From an uncultured virus (IMG/VR IMGVR_UViG_3300031132_000335) (taxonomy: Duplodnaviria; Heunggongvirae; Uroviricota; Caudoviricetes): 64,000 nucleotides of DNA. The translations under genes were made by a program, and so were the position numbers. The DNA lies in IMG/VR virus record IMGVR_UViG_3300031132_000335, one strand, 5' to 3'. The notes under the pieces were generated by a model. It was not told the origin of the DNA. It did not search any database and saw nothing but the letters and a program-made list of their open reading frames with translations. Numbering within the stretch: position 1 is the first letter of the stretch; every line of letters begins with the position of its first letter. This document shows positions 1-9,459 of the stretch, in pieces.

Positions 1-12
1 AAGACATGGCGT

Positions 13-678
13 TCAGATGAACGTCTGCGTGACTCCGACGACCTGAATCTTGCTGGCACGGGCAAGCATGCTGACGCTGCCAGGAGTCTCCCAACGGTTC
101 AGGTACCGAACTGCATCGTACACCTGAATCTCGTTCTTCCAGTCCACAGGCTCCCAGGAGTCAGCGTATCGCTCATCCGAGTTGGTGTGAGTCGGCCAAA
201 CGTTGTCGTCAGAAAGGATGTGGGAGGCCAGGTTTGTGTCCTCCATGAGCGTCACTTCGTACAGGTAGAACTCGCCGCCCTTGTGGTCCAGGGAGTCGTG
301 GATTCGCTCAATCGCTGCGCTCTTCGTTCCCAGGTGCACGTAGAGGTCACCTTCACGTGGGTTGCGGACAAGGATGTTCTTGTCCCAGTTCTCCCGCGTC
401 GTTGCGTGGTACCAGACGGTGGTACGCGCAGCGCTGTCCTCAATCAGTTCAGCGGAACGGCTCTCCACGTCAACCTTGCAGTTGTCAGGGGTGAACTCAC
501 GGAAGGTGTTGTCTGCATCGTTCTCGCAGTGCTGGCAGGTGATGAGGTCGCCGTAGGCTGCCAGGTCCCGCTTGGTTCCCCACTCACGGCGGGTCATGTG
601 CTTACCGCAGTTCTCGTTCGGGCAGATGAGGCCGACAGTGTTCGGTTCAGCGACTGCGTAGTCCGTGAGGATGGTCAT
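13..678 (-). CDS. Zn-ribbon + ART-like domain protein, family A copy 1
   Basis: CPNxxC...CxxC, then WYHAT..HLG..ER..YLYEV..YLNRWExPGSVS; paralog of 1975-2628 and 4697-5368; ATG 6 nt after TATGCT -10 box. Confidence 0.75.
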   Translation of the reverse strand: MTILTDYAVAEPNTVGLICPNENCGKHMTRREWGTKRDLAAYGDLITCQHCENDADNTFREFTPDNCKVDVESRSAELIEDSAARTTVWYHATTRENWDKNILVRNPREGDLYVHLGTKSAAIERIHDSLDHKGGEFYLYEVTLMEDTNLASHILSDDNVWPTHTNSDERYADSWEPVDWKNEIQVYDAVRYLNRWETPGSVSMLARASKIQVVGVTQTFI

Positions 679-682
679 GAAT

Positions 683-713
683 TCAGCATACACGTTTCCT
701 GACGGGTTGCAAC
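683..713 (-). promoter_or_regulatory. sigma70-type promoter TTGCAA-N17-TATGCT, leaderless
   Basis: Near-identical -10 region CGTGTATGCTG also precedes the genes starting at 2628, 3112, 3639 and 5368. Confidence 0.7.
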
Positions 714-738
714 CCGCCAGCTCAGATTCGTTCCAACG

Positions 739-780
739 AAAATGAGGCTACAACCCTGAGTTGGGTTGTAGCCTCATTTT
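739..780. terminator. bidirectional intrinsic terminator
   Basis: AAAATGAGGCTACAACC / GGTTGTAGCCTCATTTT inverted repeat. Confidence 0.75.
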
Positions 781-792
781 TTGACTGAGCAG

Positions 793-1287
793 TTAGCGGA
801 CCAGCGTCAACTTTTCCTGCTTCTCCGTCTCCTGAGCCAAGAGGAGGTTTGCCTCAGCCAGAGCCGTCTCCGCCTCAAACTGCTCCTCAGGGGTCTTTGC
901 GCGCTTCACGGCAGTGGTGTTGAAGATGACAGCCATCTTCGCCTGCTCCATGTTGAAGGAGACGTACGGAGCGTACTGGTCGTCCAGGGTCTGAGTGGTG
1001 CCCGTCTCGGTAAACCACGCGATGCTGTCAAACTCCTCCGAAAGCTCGGTGGGGGTGTACTGCTTGCCGCTCAGGAGCGAAGTGAACGCCTTGATGTCCG
1101 TGAACTCGGGGAACTCGGAATCACCACTGTCCAGCGCGTCACCTGCCATCGGAAGACGAGCGATGATGTCACCGCCACGACCGCCGCTGCGGTACATCTC
1201 AAAGGTGGCACAGGTGCGGTTGACAGCGGGGATGACGTGGCCGTTGTCCAGGATGGTCGGGTGGAAGATTGCAGTTGCGGTAGCCAT
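793..1287 (-). CDS. hypothetical protein
   Basis: SD GGAGAG before MATATAIF; upstream promoter; typical codon usage. Confidence 0.7.
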   Translation of the reverse strand: MATATAIFHPTILDNGHVIPAVNRTCATFEMYRSGGRGGDIIARLPMAGDALDSGDSEFPEFTDIKAFTSLLSGKQYTPTELSEEFDSIAWFTETGTTQTLDDQYAPYVSFNMEQAKMAVIFNTTAVKRAKTPEEQFEAETALAEANLLLAQETEKQEKLTLVR

Positions 1288-1432
1288 GATGTTGGCTCTC
1301 CTTCTTGTTGTTATTTTGACCCGAGCGTTCAAGCAACCTCGGTTGATGTCTTCAACACTACACCCGTTCTGATGCGTGCGCAACTCCAAACGAAAACTTT
1401 TTTGGGATGACTTGCTCGTTCCCCTCTGAGTG

Positions 1433-1831
1433 TTACAGCGCCAGGAGAAGGACGATTTCTTGGGCGTACTGCTCAGCCTGCTCGCCTTCCTTCGTGTGCG
1501 GTGTGCGCTCGTACTTCGCGCGGAACGCTTCCTCGTTCTCCTCGCCAGCCCACTCCCAACCATCAATGTCACCCATCTCAATGAGGTCGTCGGTGGTGGC
1601 GTACTCAGCCCAGCGGTCAACCCATTCGCCTGCATCGTGGATGCCTTCAATGTCTACAACCAGGTCCTCAGTGAGGAGCAGACCACAGTGGAGGTAGCCG
1701 CCGTTCTCACCTGCAACAGCCATCAAAGGAAGGCCAGTCTGCTTCGCCAGTGCAAGAGCGAGGGCATCGCAGTCAGCATCGGTGAAGGCGGTGACAACGT
1801 TCTCGGGAAAGGTGAACTCCGTGGTTTCCAT
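1433..1831 (-). CDS. putative Cys-His-Asp (papain/transglutaminase-like) protein
   Basis: DCDALALAL...LHC...VDIEG; paralog of 19105-19491. Confidence 0.55.
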   Translation of the reverse strand: METTEFTFPENVVTAFTDADCDALALALAKQTGLPLMAVAGENGGYLHCGLLLTEDLVVDIEGIHDAGEWVDRWAEYATTDDLIEMGDIDGWEWAGEENEEAFRAKYERTPHTKEGEQAEQYAQEIVLLLAL

Positions 1832-1974
1832 GTGTTCAGTCTACGGAGGACTACTGACATTCGGGCAGAGGAGGAAGAACTCAGGACACCCACGACATCA
1901 GGTGAAGCCACTGATGTCGTGGGTGTTGAAAAAAGACATGTGAGCTGATGCGGTAACCTCAGCGGACTGAGGTC

Positions 1975-2628
1975 TTAGCCCTTGACGACGATGCGCTTCT
2001 TCACGGTGATGAGGTTTGCGTTGACAGCCAGGCTGATGCTACCAGGAGCCTCGTAACGGTTCACGTATCGCACAGCGTCAGCGCCCTGAAACTCAGGGTG
2101 GTCATCCCCGTGGACTTCACTCATGAGTTCAGGCCAGTGGTTGTCATCCGACATGATGGAGTCCGACACAACCACGTCAGAGTTCAGTGTCACTTCATAC
2201 AGGTAGTACTCGTCTTCCATGAGCGTGTCAGCAGCACGCTCCTTCGCTGCATCCTTCGTACCGAGGTGAACAACCAGGCCAGCAGCGTTCTCCGAGCTGA
2301 TGATTTCGGTAGCCCAGTCCTCCATGTAGGTAGCGTGGAACCAGGTCTGATTCTTCACAGTCCTCTTGTTCAGGAGCTTCTTCGCCTCATCCGCGACCCG
2401 AAGACCAGCAGATTCAAGCCAGAATGAACCCTTCTGACGACCGTAACCGTTGCGAACGTAGTCCTCATAGGAACCCTCGCCGCAGTTCAGGCAGAACAGA
2501 CCAAGAGCGGAGTGGACCCGCTGGTGTGACCAAACCGACTGGGGCATTTCCCAATTGCAGTCAGCGTTCGGGCAGATGATGCCCGTGCTGTGCTTCTTCG
2601 TCGGAGTGAGGTCCGTGAGGATGGTCAT
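1975..2628 (-). CDS. Zn-ribbon + ART-like protein, family A copy 2
   Basis: MTILTD start, CPNADC/CLNC, WFHAT, YVNRYEAPGSIS. Confidence 0.75.
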   Translation of the reverse strand: MTILTDLTPTKKHSTGIICPNADCNWEMPQSVWSHQRVHSALGLFCLNCGEGSYEDYVRNGYGRQKGSFWLESAGLRVADEAKKLLNKRTVKNQTWFHATYMEDWATEIISSENAAGLVVHLGTKDAAKERAADTLMEDEYYLYEVTLNSDVVVSDSIMSDDNHWPELMSEVHGDDHPEFQGADAVRYVNRYEAPGSISLAVNANLITVKKRIVVKG

Positions 2629-2740
2629 AAGTTCAGCATACACGTTTGGATCAGGGGTGCAACTGCTTCGTGGAACTTTTTGAGCAGGCATCCAAGGAGG
2701 GGCAGAGCTTGGTAGCAGCTCTGGCCCTCCTTGGATGTTC

Positions 2741-3112
2741 TCAGCGGTTGAACAGCGCCAGAATCTGACGGCCCATGTCGCCCGTGATGACTGCCGAAAC
2801 CTCGTTGTTCCAGTCGCTCCACTCAGCGAGGTCAATTACGGACTGGTCGCTGCCGAGTCGCGTGAGACGACCCCTGTACTTCTCGTCAAGACCGAACGGA
2901 ACCTCCACGTAGGAACCGTCATCCTTCAAGATGGTGGTGAGACCGTCCAGGAACTGCCCCAGCTGAGCGTCAGTGAGAGCAGCCTCTTCGCCGTTCTCCC
3001 AGTCCTGCCACTCAGCAAGAGTGATGATGGCAGCGTAGGAGGTCGCTGCGTTCCCAGGCTCAATGAGGCCCGCGTACTTCTCGTCACCGAACTGAATGCT
3101 TGCAACAGTCAT
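2741..3112 (-). CDS. hypothetical protein, family B copy 1
   Basis: SD AGGAG; paralog of the next three genes. Confidence 0.75.
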   Translation of the reverse strand: MTVASIQFGDEKYAGLIEPGNAATSYAAIITLAEWQDWENGEEAALTDAQLGQFLDGLTTILKDDGSYVEVPFGLDEKYRGRLTRLGSDQSVIDLAEWSDWNNEVSAVITGDMGRQILALFNR

Positions 3113-3267
3113 GATGTTCTCCTGAGGTTGTTCGGGAGGCCGTTCCTCCCTGATAGGTCCAGCATACACGCCCAGATCGGAAACGCAACTGCTGTGAGCA
3201 ACTTTTTTCACAAAAAGACGAGGAGGGGCAGAGCTTACAGGTAGCTCTGCCCCTCCTCGGTGAGTTC

Positions 3268-3639
3268 TCAGCGGTTGAACAGCGCCAGAATCTCACGAGC
3301 GGAGTCAGCGTTGATGACAGCCTCCACAGCGTTGTTCCAGTCGCTCCACTCAGCGATTTCAACCAGTGCCTGGTCCTGAGTCAGACGAGTCAGACGACCC
3401 GCGTACTTATCCCAGCCGAACAGCACCTCCACGTAGGAACCGTCATCCTTCAAGATGGTGGTGAGACCGTCCAGGAAGCGATTGAGCTGCTCCTCAGAAA
3501 GGGTGGTCTCCTCCCCGTTGTTCCACTCCTGCCACTCTGCAAGTGTGATGAAAGCAGCGAACAGAAAACGGTCCGACTCAGAAGCAACCTGGATGAGACC
3601 AGCGTACTTGTCGTCACCGAACTTGACATTTGCAGACAT
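3268..3639 (-). CDS. hypothetical protein, family B copy 2
   Basis: FLDGLTTILKDDGSYVEV identical to copy 1. Confidence 0.75.
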   Translation of the reverse strand: MSANVKFGDDKYAGLIQVASESDRFLFAAFITLAEWQEWNNGEETTLSEEQLNRFLDGLTTILKDDGSYVEVLFGWDKYAGRLTRLTQDQALVEIAEWSDWNNAVEAVINADSAREILALFNR

Positions 3640-3793
3640 GTGATTCTCTCCTGAGATGTTCGGGAGGCCGTTCCTCCCTGATAAGTCCAGCATACACGTT
3701 TGGCTCAGGAGCGCAACCACTCCGCGTATTTTTTAGACGAAAAAGAGGAGGGGGCAGAGCTAGTCGGCAGCTCCGCCCCTCCTCAGGGAGTTC

Positions 3794-4165
3794 TCAGCGG
3801 TTGAACAGTGCCAGAATCTCACGAGCCTGGTCAGGTTCAATAATGGCTTCTGCTGAATCCGCCCACTCATCCCACCAAGCCCACTTAGCAATCTCAACGA
3901 TTGCCTGACCCTCAAAATTGTCCAGACGACCACTGTACTCATACTCCCCGAACAGCATCATACGGGAAGTTCCTGTCGTCAAGATGGCGGACAGACTATC
4001 CAGGAACTGGTTCAGCTGCTCCTCAGAGAGGGCGCTCTCCATTTCCTCATTGGCTGTCCCTGATAGCGTGATGGATGCCGTAAGAGGAGAGCCATCAGAT
4101 TTGACCGCCAGCTGAATGCGACCAGCGTACTCAGCATCTCCAAACTGAACACTTGCAACGGACAT
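3794..4165 (-). CDS. hypothetical protein, family B copy 3
   Basis: FGDAEYAG...AREILALFNR. Confidence 0.75.
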   Translation of the reverse strand: MSVASVQFGDAEYAGRIQLAVKSDGSPLTASITLSGTANEEMESALSEEQLNQFLDSLSAILTTGTSRMMLFGEYEYSGRLDNFEGQAIVEIAKWAWWDEWADSAEAIIEPDQAREILALFNR

Positions 4166-4267
4166 TGTTTTCTCCTCAGTTGTTCGGGTGATATCTTATT
4201 CTAATGCGCTTACTGTACCCGACTTTGGAAAAGGACGCAATTGTTTTCAGGGAGTTACCAGGTGCAG

Positions 4268-4627
4268 TTACTTGCGAAGAGCAATTAGTTCTCGGGCCTG
4301 AGATTCTGTAATGACAGTACTGGCACCGTCCGACCAGCTTCCTGTCTTAGTGATGTCAAGGATGCCAACAGCACCTCCTAAGCGATTCAGTCTACCGAAC
4401 GCGTTGAGGTTCCCGAATAGCACTTCCACATACGAACCATCATCAGCAAGAATAGCGGTAAGACCATTCAGAATGTCTTCCAACTGCTGATTTGTCACAA
4501 CAGCGTTTTCTTTTCTCCCATCTGACTCAGTAGAAACAAACGCTGCAACGTCAGCATGTGAGGCTTTTACCGTCTCAAACGTTCCAGTAGTACCTTCGGC
4601 TCCCAGAGTGATTGCAGCAAGCTCCAT
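4268..4627 (-). CDS. hypothetical protein, family B copy 4 (divergent)
   Basis: LNGLTAILADDGSYVEVLFG. Confidence 0.7.
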   Translation of the reverse strand: MELAAITLGAEGTTGTFETVKASHADVAAFVSTESDGRKENAVVTNQQLEDILNGLTAILADDGSYVEVLFGNLNAFGRLNRLGGAVGILDITKTGSWSDGASTVITESQARELIALRK

Positions 4628-4696
4628 AATAATTCTCTTCCCTAAAAATGATGGTCTTCATTTCATAATACACTTGTTTTTAGGAAAGACGCAACC

Positions 4697-5368
4697 TTAG
4701 AAAACGTTTCGGGGTCCGACTCGGGTGAAGAGCTTCTTCTTGACGGTGAGCTTTGTTGCGTCCACAAGCAAGCTAATGCTACCAGGAGCTTCATAACGGT
4801 TCACGTACCGCACAGCGTCAACACCAACGTACTCAGGGAAGTTCGCAGCTTCGCCTTCCATTTCCTCCTTGAACGTCGGCCAGGAGTTCTCATCATCCAC
4901 AATGCCGTCAAGGATGTGGGTGTCAGGTGCGATGCTGACTTCGTACAGGTAGAAAGTACGATTCCAGAACGTATCCTTCGCGCGCTCCATTGCAGTTTCA
5001 CGGTCTCCTACATGGACCATAAGACCACCACGTTCAGAAGTGCTGGCGGACTGGATTGCTTCTGCCCAGTTGCCTCGTTTCGTTGCGTGGAACCAGCGTT
5101 CCTGTGGCACCTCTTCCTTGTTCATTAGATGCGCGGAACGGGAAACGACACGGATAGGGCAGACCTCCCCAGCGAACGCATTCTTGTTGTAGGAGAAGGC
5201 ACCATCCTTGACCATTTTCTTGCAGCTGGTGCAGTTCAGCCCGAAGCTGTAACGCTTTCGCTGCTGACCCCAGGAACGTCGGGACATCTCTGCGCCACAA
5301 GCAGGGTTCGGGCAGACAAAGCCCGTGTTGTTCGGGGCTGCCACCGTGAGGTCCGTGAGGATGGTCAT
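4697..5368 (-). CDS. Zn-ribbon + ART-like protein, family A copy 3
   Basis: MTILTD, CPNPAC/CTSC, WFHAT, YVNRYEAPGSIS. Confidence 0.75.
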   Translation of the reverse strand: MTILTDLTVAAPNNTGFVCPNPACGAEMSRRSWGQQRKRYSFGLNCTSCKKMVKDGAFSYNKNAFAGEVCPIRVVSRSAHLMNKEEVPQERWFHATKRGNWAEAIQSASTSERGGLMVHVGDRETAMERAKDTFWNRTFYLYEVSIAPDTHILDGIVDDENSWPTFKEEMEGEAANFPEYVGVDAVRYVNRYEAPGSISLLVDATKLTVKKKLFTRVGPRNVF

Positions 5369-5459
5369 GGGTTCAGCATACACGTTTGGATCAGGGATGC
5401 AAGACGGAACCCCTACCATTTTTGAGCTTGGTAGGGGTTCCGTAAAAAGACAATAGGTG

Positions 5460-5606
5460 TTAGCCGAGGAGGATGACATCCATCGGTTCTGCGAACTGCA
5501 CCTTGGTGTTTAGCTCACGGATGTTCTCACGCACCGTCAGACCCGAAGGAAGGATGGAGAGAACGTGCGGCTCATACACGAGACCCGTGGTGATGAGACG
5601 GTGGAT
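5460..5606 (-). pseudogene. 48-aa ORF with ATC where the start codon is expected
   Basis: SD GGAGAG then ACC ATC CAC; typical codon usage; in-frame TGA just upstream. Confidence 0.4.
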
Positions 5607-5800
5607 GGTGCGTTCTCTCCGAGTTCATAGATGAAGTCAAGGGGTTCCTGACTTGGATGTTCACTACGCTAACACCTTCGCTGACCGTACGCAACCAGCG
5701 AAGCTCGCGCTGTCAGTAAATTGTCAGAGACCAGCTGTTGCGTTCAGGCAGATCATCAAGTAGACTCTGATGTAATCCACTATGAGGAAAGAGAGCTTTC

Positions 5801-6436
5801 ATGACGACGACAGATGAGACGACCACTGAGGTTCGTTACGAGTACGCAACGTCCAGTGAGCAGTTCGTTACCCTGGACCCTGAGGTTCAGGGGATGCACG
5901 GAGTTTGGACTGGTGACTCCGAGTACACGTACCCCAAGGGCTGGTCCCCTGTGCGCCAGAAGCAGCTGGACTACGAGAAGAAGTACAACAAGCTGAACCG
6001 CGCAGTACTGGACCGTGAGGGTGTGTTGGAGTACCTGAACAGCAAGTACGGCCCTGAGAGCGGAGCCATTCCTGGTTCGTTCAAGGTCCGTGAGGTTACC
6101 ACAACTACTCACATCGTTCACTCGCGTACCGAGGATGCTGACGGCAACCTGACAGAGGACCGTCAGGAGCATGTCACCACGACTGCCGAGGTGTTCCACA
6201 TCTTCAAGCGAGCCTTTGAGGACTGGAAGCGATTCACGTACGCTCCTCGCCAGGAGATGCGCGAGCAGCAGGAGACGTGGCGTATCAAGGACGAGACCAA
6301 GCGTGCTGCGGAGCAGGAGGCTCGGGAAGCGAATCGCTCGTTCAACGCCCTCGTAGACGGTACGAACAAGCAGGCAGACAAGGCCAGCTCGGAGTCACGG
6401 AAGTTCGTGATGGAGCCAATCATCATCACCCGCTGA
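5801..6436 (+). CDS. hypothetical coiled-coil protein
   Basis: Promoter and SD; shares PGS(F/Y)KxREV..TT with 6593-7240. Confidence 0.75.
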   Translation: MTTTDETTTEVRYEYATSSEQFVTLDPEVQGMHGVWTGDSEYTYPKGWSPVRQKQLDYEKKYNKLNRAVLDREGVLEYLNSKYGPESGAIPGSFKVREVTTTTHIVHSRTEDADGNLTEDRQEHVTTTAEVFHIFKRAFEDWKRFTYAPRQEMREQQETWRIKDETKRAAEQEAREANRSFNALVDGTNKQADKASSESRKFVMEPIIITR

Positions 6437-6592
6437 GAACGGAACCAGAGGAGGCAAGGGATTCATTTCTCTTGCCTCCTCTGTCGTAAAAAGACATTTC
6501 TTTTATCCTGTTGCGTAACCCAGGCTGATCGTGTACGCTGAACACATCAAGGCATGAGAGATGCCTTCCCCAACCTCAGGAGAGAACACGCG

Positions 6593-7240
6593 ATGAGCGA
6601 CATCCAGACTTCCGTCCACACACAGGTCACTTACGAGCTTTCTCGTGCGAACGAGCAGTATGCAACGCAGGACCGCTCCCTCCACTCGGAGGAAGAGGAA
6701 ATCGCGGAGAAGTACACCTACCGCAAGTGGGGTGAAATCCCTGTCAAGTACGTTGAAGAACGCGCGCACCTCCTGACCAACAAGGCATACGGTCGTGAGA
6801 GCATCAAGGAAATCGTGGCTGAGGAATGGGAGCGTGAGGACATCTTCCGCCCTGGCTCCTACAAGCTTCGTGAGGTCAAGAAGACCACGACGGTGGAGAC
6901 CAGCGACGACCAGCAGGGTAACACGTTCCGTCGTGAGACCGTTGCTGATGAGACCACTGTCTTCTACACCTACTTCCGTTCGGGGGAGGAGTTCAAGGAC
7001 GTGACGCAGAAGCTTGCGGTGAAGAAGGTGGAGTGGGCGGCTCGGGATGCTGAGCGAGAGCGCATTGAGGCTGAGGTTCAGTCTCGTGTTGCTGCGGAGC
7101 TGGCAAAGGGAGGCAAGAAGACCACGGCGGATGACTACAAGGTGGAGTACTTTACTCCCCGCGCCAAGGTGGAGTACATCGCTCCCCGCGGTGAGGATGC
7201 TCCGAAGAAAAGCTTCTTGGACCGCTTCCTCGGACGCTGA
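6593..7240 (+). CDS. hypothetical protein, distant paralog of 5801-6436
   Basis: SD AGGAGAG; promoter TTGCGT..TACGCT. Confidence 0.75.
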   Translation: MSDIQTSVHTQVTYELSRANEQYATQDRSLHSEEEEIAEKYTYRKWGEIPVKYVEERAHLLTNKAYGRESIKEIVAEEWEREDIFRPGSYKLREVKKTTTVETSDDQQGNTFRRETVADETTVFYTYFRSGEEFKDVTQKLAVKKVEWAARDAERERIEAEVQSRVAAELAKGGKKTTADDYKVEYFTPRAKVEYIAPRGEDAPKKSFLDRFLGR

Positions 7241-7335
7241 CGAATAGGAGGAGGGGAACCTGGATAACTCAGGTTCCCCTCCTCCTATTTTTGTAGTTCC
7301 TCCTGAATGTCAGAGGTTCCAGCTACGCTGATCGC

Positions 7336-7749
7336 ATGACCTTCTACCACGGCACAAACGCTGACCTGGCCATCGGAGACATCTTGGTCCCTGGTGCGAA
7401 TTTGGGCATGTCTGCGAACCACGGACGCAGTGAGCATGTCTACATGACGTGGGATGGCTTTACGGAGGACGCTGATGAGGGCTACCGTGTAGCAATGACG
7501 GAAGCGCTCGCTTGGGCGCGAACCGCCTGCATGGTGGCAGAGGATGAGCAAGACGCAGAAGACCCTGAGGCGTTCGTGTACATCGTGGAGCCGCTGGGTG
7601 CGGTGGAACCTGATGGAGCTATTGACGAGCAGGTTGGTGAGGAAGCACGACGCACCAGCTCAGCTCGCATCATCGGTGTGGTTGACCCATACGACTTGGA
7701 GCTGTACCTGCCAAAGCCATGCTACGGCAGCACGTACCTGCCCGTGTAA
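7336..7749 (+). CDS. Arr-like (rifampin ADP-ribosyltransferase family) ART
   Basis: FYHGTxADLxIGDxLxPG, HVYMT, VYIVEPLG, RIIGVV match Arr family motifs; leaderless. Confidence 0.75.
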   Translation: MTFYHGTNADLAIGDILVPGANLGMSANHGRSEHVYMTWDGFTEDADEGYRVAMTEALAWARTACMVAEDEQDAEDPEAFVYIVEPLGAVEPDGAIDEQVGEEARRTSSARIIGVVDPYDLELYLPKPCYGSTYLPV

Positions 7750-7764
7750 AAAGACATTGAGTTA

Positions 7765-8631
7765 CTACTTGTCGGAGCTAAATTCCTTTTCCAGGTAGTC
7801 GTCAAGAGCTGCGACCTTCTCTTCAAGAACGAGTTCCAGCTCGCTCTTCTCGTACTCCACGTTCTCACGCTCGGAGCCGTCCACCTCAAAGAACTGGTAG
7901 ACCTTCGCAGCAAGCTGGATGATGGCTTCCTCGTAGGTGGGAGCGTAGACATCCAGACGGAGGTCGTGGTAGTGGTGGGTGCGACTACCACGGACAGCGG
8001 CACCGTGTTCCAGCATGATGACAGTGTTACCCTCACGGTCAGCACTCACACCCATCCAAATGTGAGCGTTGCTCTCTGTGGACCAGTAGAAGTCACCCTC
8101 GCTACGACGAGACCAGAATGCAGGGTGATGGTCAAGCCAGTTCCACGCGGTACGGAAGTCATCTGGGTCCTTCTCATAGCGCAGAGTAGATTCCAGGAAG
8201 CTCTGGTAGCGACCCTTCGCAAGGAACACATCAGTGTCTTCTGTGCGCTCAATAGAGAGGGAGATGTAGTACCCCTTGGTGTTAAGGTACGAAGGGAACA
8301 GCTCAGGCTCACCCTTCATCGGAAGAAGAGCATGGTCACCTGAGAGCTGAACAAGACCGCCAAGGTCATTCCTGATGAGGTTGTGAGCGTCCACGATGTT
8401 CTGCGGAGCGTTCTCCACAAGCGTTCCATCAGGGGCACTGATTTCCAGCGTGAAGCTCTCATCATCGTTTTTGATGACGTTGACAGTGTAGAGCGGCTTG
8501 CGCGGCTTGAAGGTGTAGAAGGAAGGCAGAGGGAAGTCTGCAATGAAGCGCTTCTGGAACTCTGGGTACTCTTCTTCGGTGATCGCGTTAAAGTCAGGCC
8601 ACTGGGCGAGGATATCTTCGGCGGTTGTCAT
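7765..8631 (-). CDS. hypothetical protein
   Basis: SD AGGAGG before MTTAEDIL; long ORF. Confidence 0.75.
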   Translation of the reverse strand: MTTAEDILAQWPDFNAITEEEYPEFQKRFIADFPLPSFYTFKPRKPLYTVNVIKNDDESFTLEISAPDGTLVENAPQNIVDAHNLIRNDLGGLVQLSGDHALLPMKGEPELFPSYLNTKGYYISLSIERTEDTDVFLAKGRYQSFLESTLRYEKDPDDFRTAWNWLDHHPAFWSRRSEGDFYWSTESNAHIWMGVSADREGNTVIMLEHGAAVRGSRTHHYHDLRLDVYAPTYEEAIIQLAAKVYQFFEVDGSERENVEYEKSELELVLEEKVAALDDYLEKEFSSDK

Positions 8632-8745
8632 ATTCCTCCTATCATAGCATGTCAACTGAGCTACGTCAACATTTATCTGCATTTTTGCTTCGTCTTAAAA
8701 AGACGAAAAATAAGAACTAAAAGACGAAGCTGGTAAAGTGAACTC

Positions 8746-9195
8746 ATGAATATTTTTCACGAAGTTGCTCCCGAGCATGCCGTCTCTGACACTCTGACTA
8801 TCCTAAGCCTGATCGTAGGTGGGTTAGGGCTTCTTTCCATTGTAGCTTATATCCTTCTACAATGGAAAAAGAAGCCTTATGTATGGGCAATTGCTACTGG
8901 TTTCGCCGCGTTAGGAGTTGCTGTTGTTTTAGCTGGCACTTTTTCTGTTATGACCTCGGTTGAACAAGTAGCAGCGAGAGAAAAGACGAGTTCTTCCTTG
9001 CAGTCATGGTCCAAAGACAATTACGGAATTGAACTGTCCAGAAACAATGCTGATGATTTGACAGGTTTGGAGCAAAGAGCAAAAGCTGTCGCTGTTGACT
9101 ACAACGGTAAACCGACTGTTGTCCAGCTTGTTGACTATAAGGACGGGTACATCCTCGTGAACAATGAAAACCAGGCTGTTCTTCCTCAAAAGTAA
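8746..9195 (+). CDS. membrane protein (2 TM)
   Basis: Two hydrophobic helices; leaderless TAAAGT-N6-ATG. Confidence 0.7.
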   Translation: MNIFHEVAPEHAVSDTLTILSLIVGGLGLLSIVAYILLQWKKKPYVWAIATGFAALGVAVVLAGTFSVMTSVEQVAAREKTSSSLQSWSKDNYGIELSRNNADDLTGLEQRAKAVAVDYNGKPTVVQLVDYKDGYILVNNENQAVLPQK

Positions 9196-9352
9196 TTGTA
9201 CGTTGTGCAGTACAGGTTGACAAATAGGTCGTTGAGCTGATAGGATAAGGACTATGAGTATTTTTGAGCAGGTGTATTACAGCTATCCGTGCGCGGGTGA
9301 GCTGTTCTAAACGCATGCTGTTCAACGTCTGAGATTCTCAGTTCGTGTCAGT

Positions 9353-9395
9353 AAGGGAGAGGCTCATCCGCGAGAAGGATGAGCCTCTCCCTTTT
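9353..9395. terminator. intrinsic terminator hairpin
   Basis: AAGGGAGAGGCTCATCC/GGATGAGCCTCTCCCTT followed by TT. Confidence 0.7.
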
Positions 9396-9459
9396 GCATA
9401 CCCTCCTGCCAGCTGTTAGCGCTGGCGTAAAAAGACACGACTTGAAAGAAGACGAAACC

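Larger units (their letters stand above)
2695..4165 (-). repeat. tandem ~525-bp units (hairpin-gene-upstream region)
   Basis: GAGGGGCAGAGCT..AGCTC hairpins at ~2695, ~3220, ~3745, each followed by TTCTCAGCGGTTGAACAG. Confidence 0.8.

Noticed and set aside
2695..3810. CRISPR array
   Set aside because: Repeats are ~525 bp apart and separated by paralogous genes rather than unique spacers; no cas genes.
9200..9459. T-box riboswitch upstream of tyrS
   Set aside because: No T-box consensus (GGTGGNACCGCG) or specifier stem seen; only a simple terminator hairpin.
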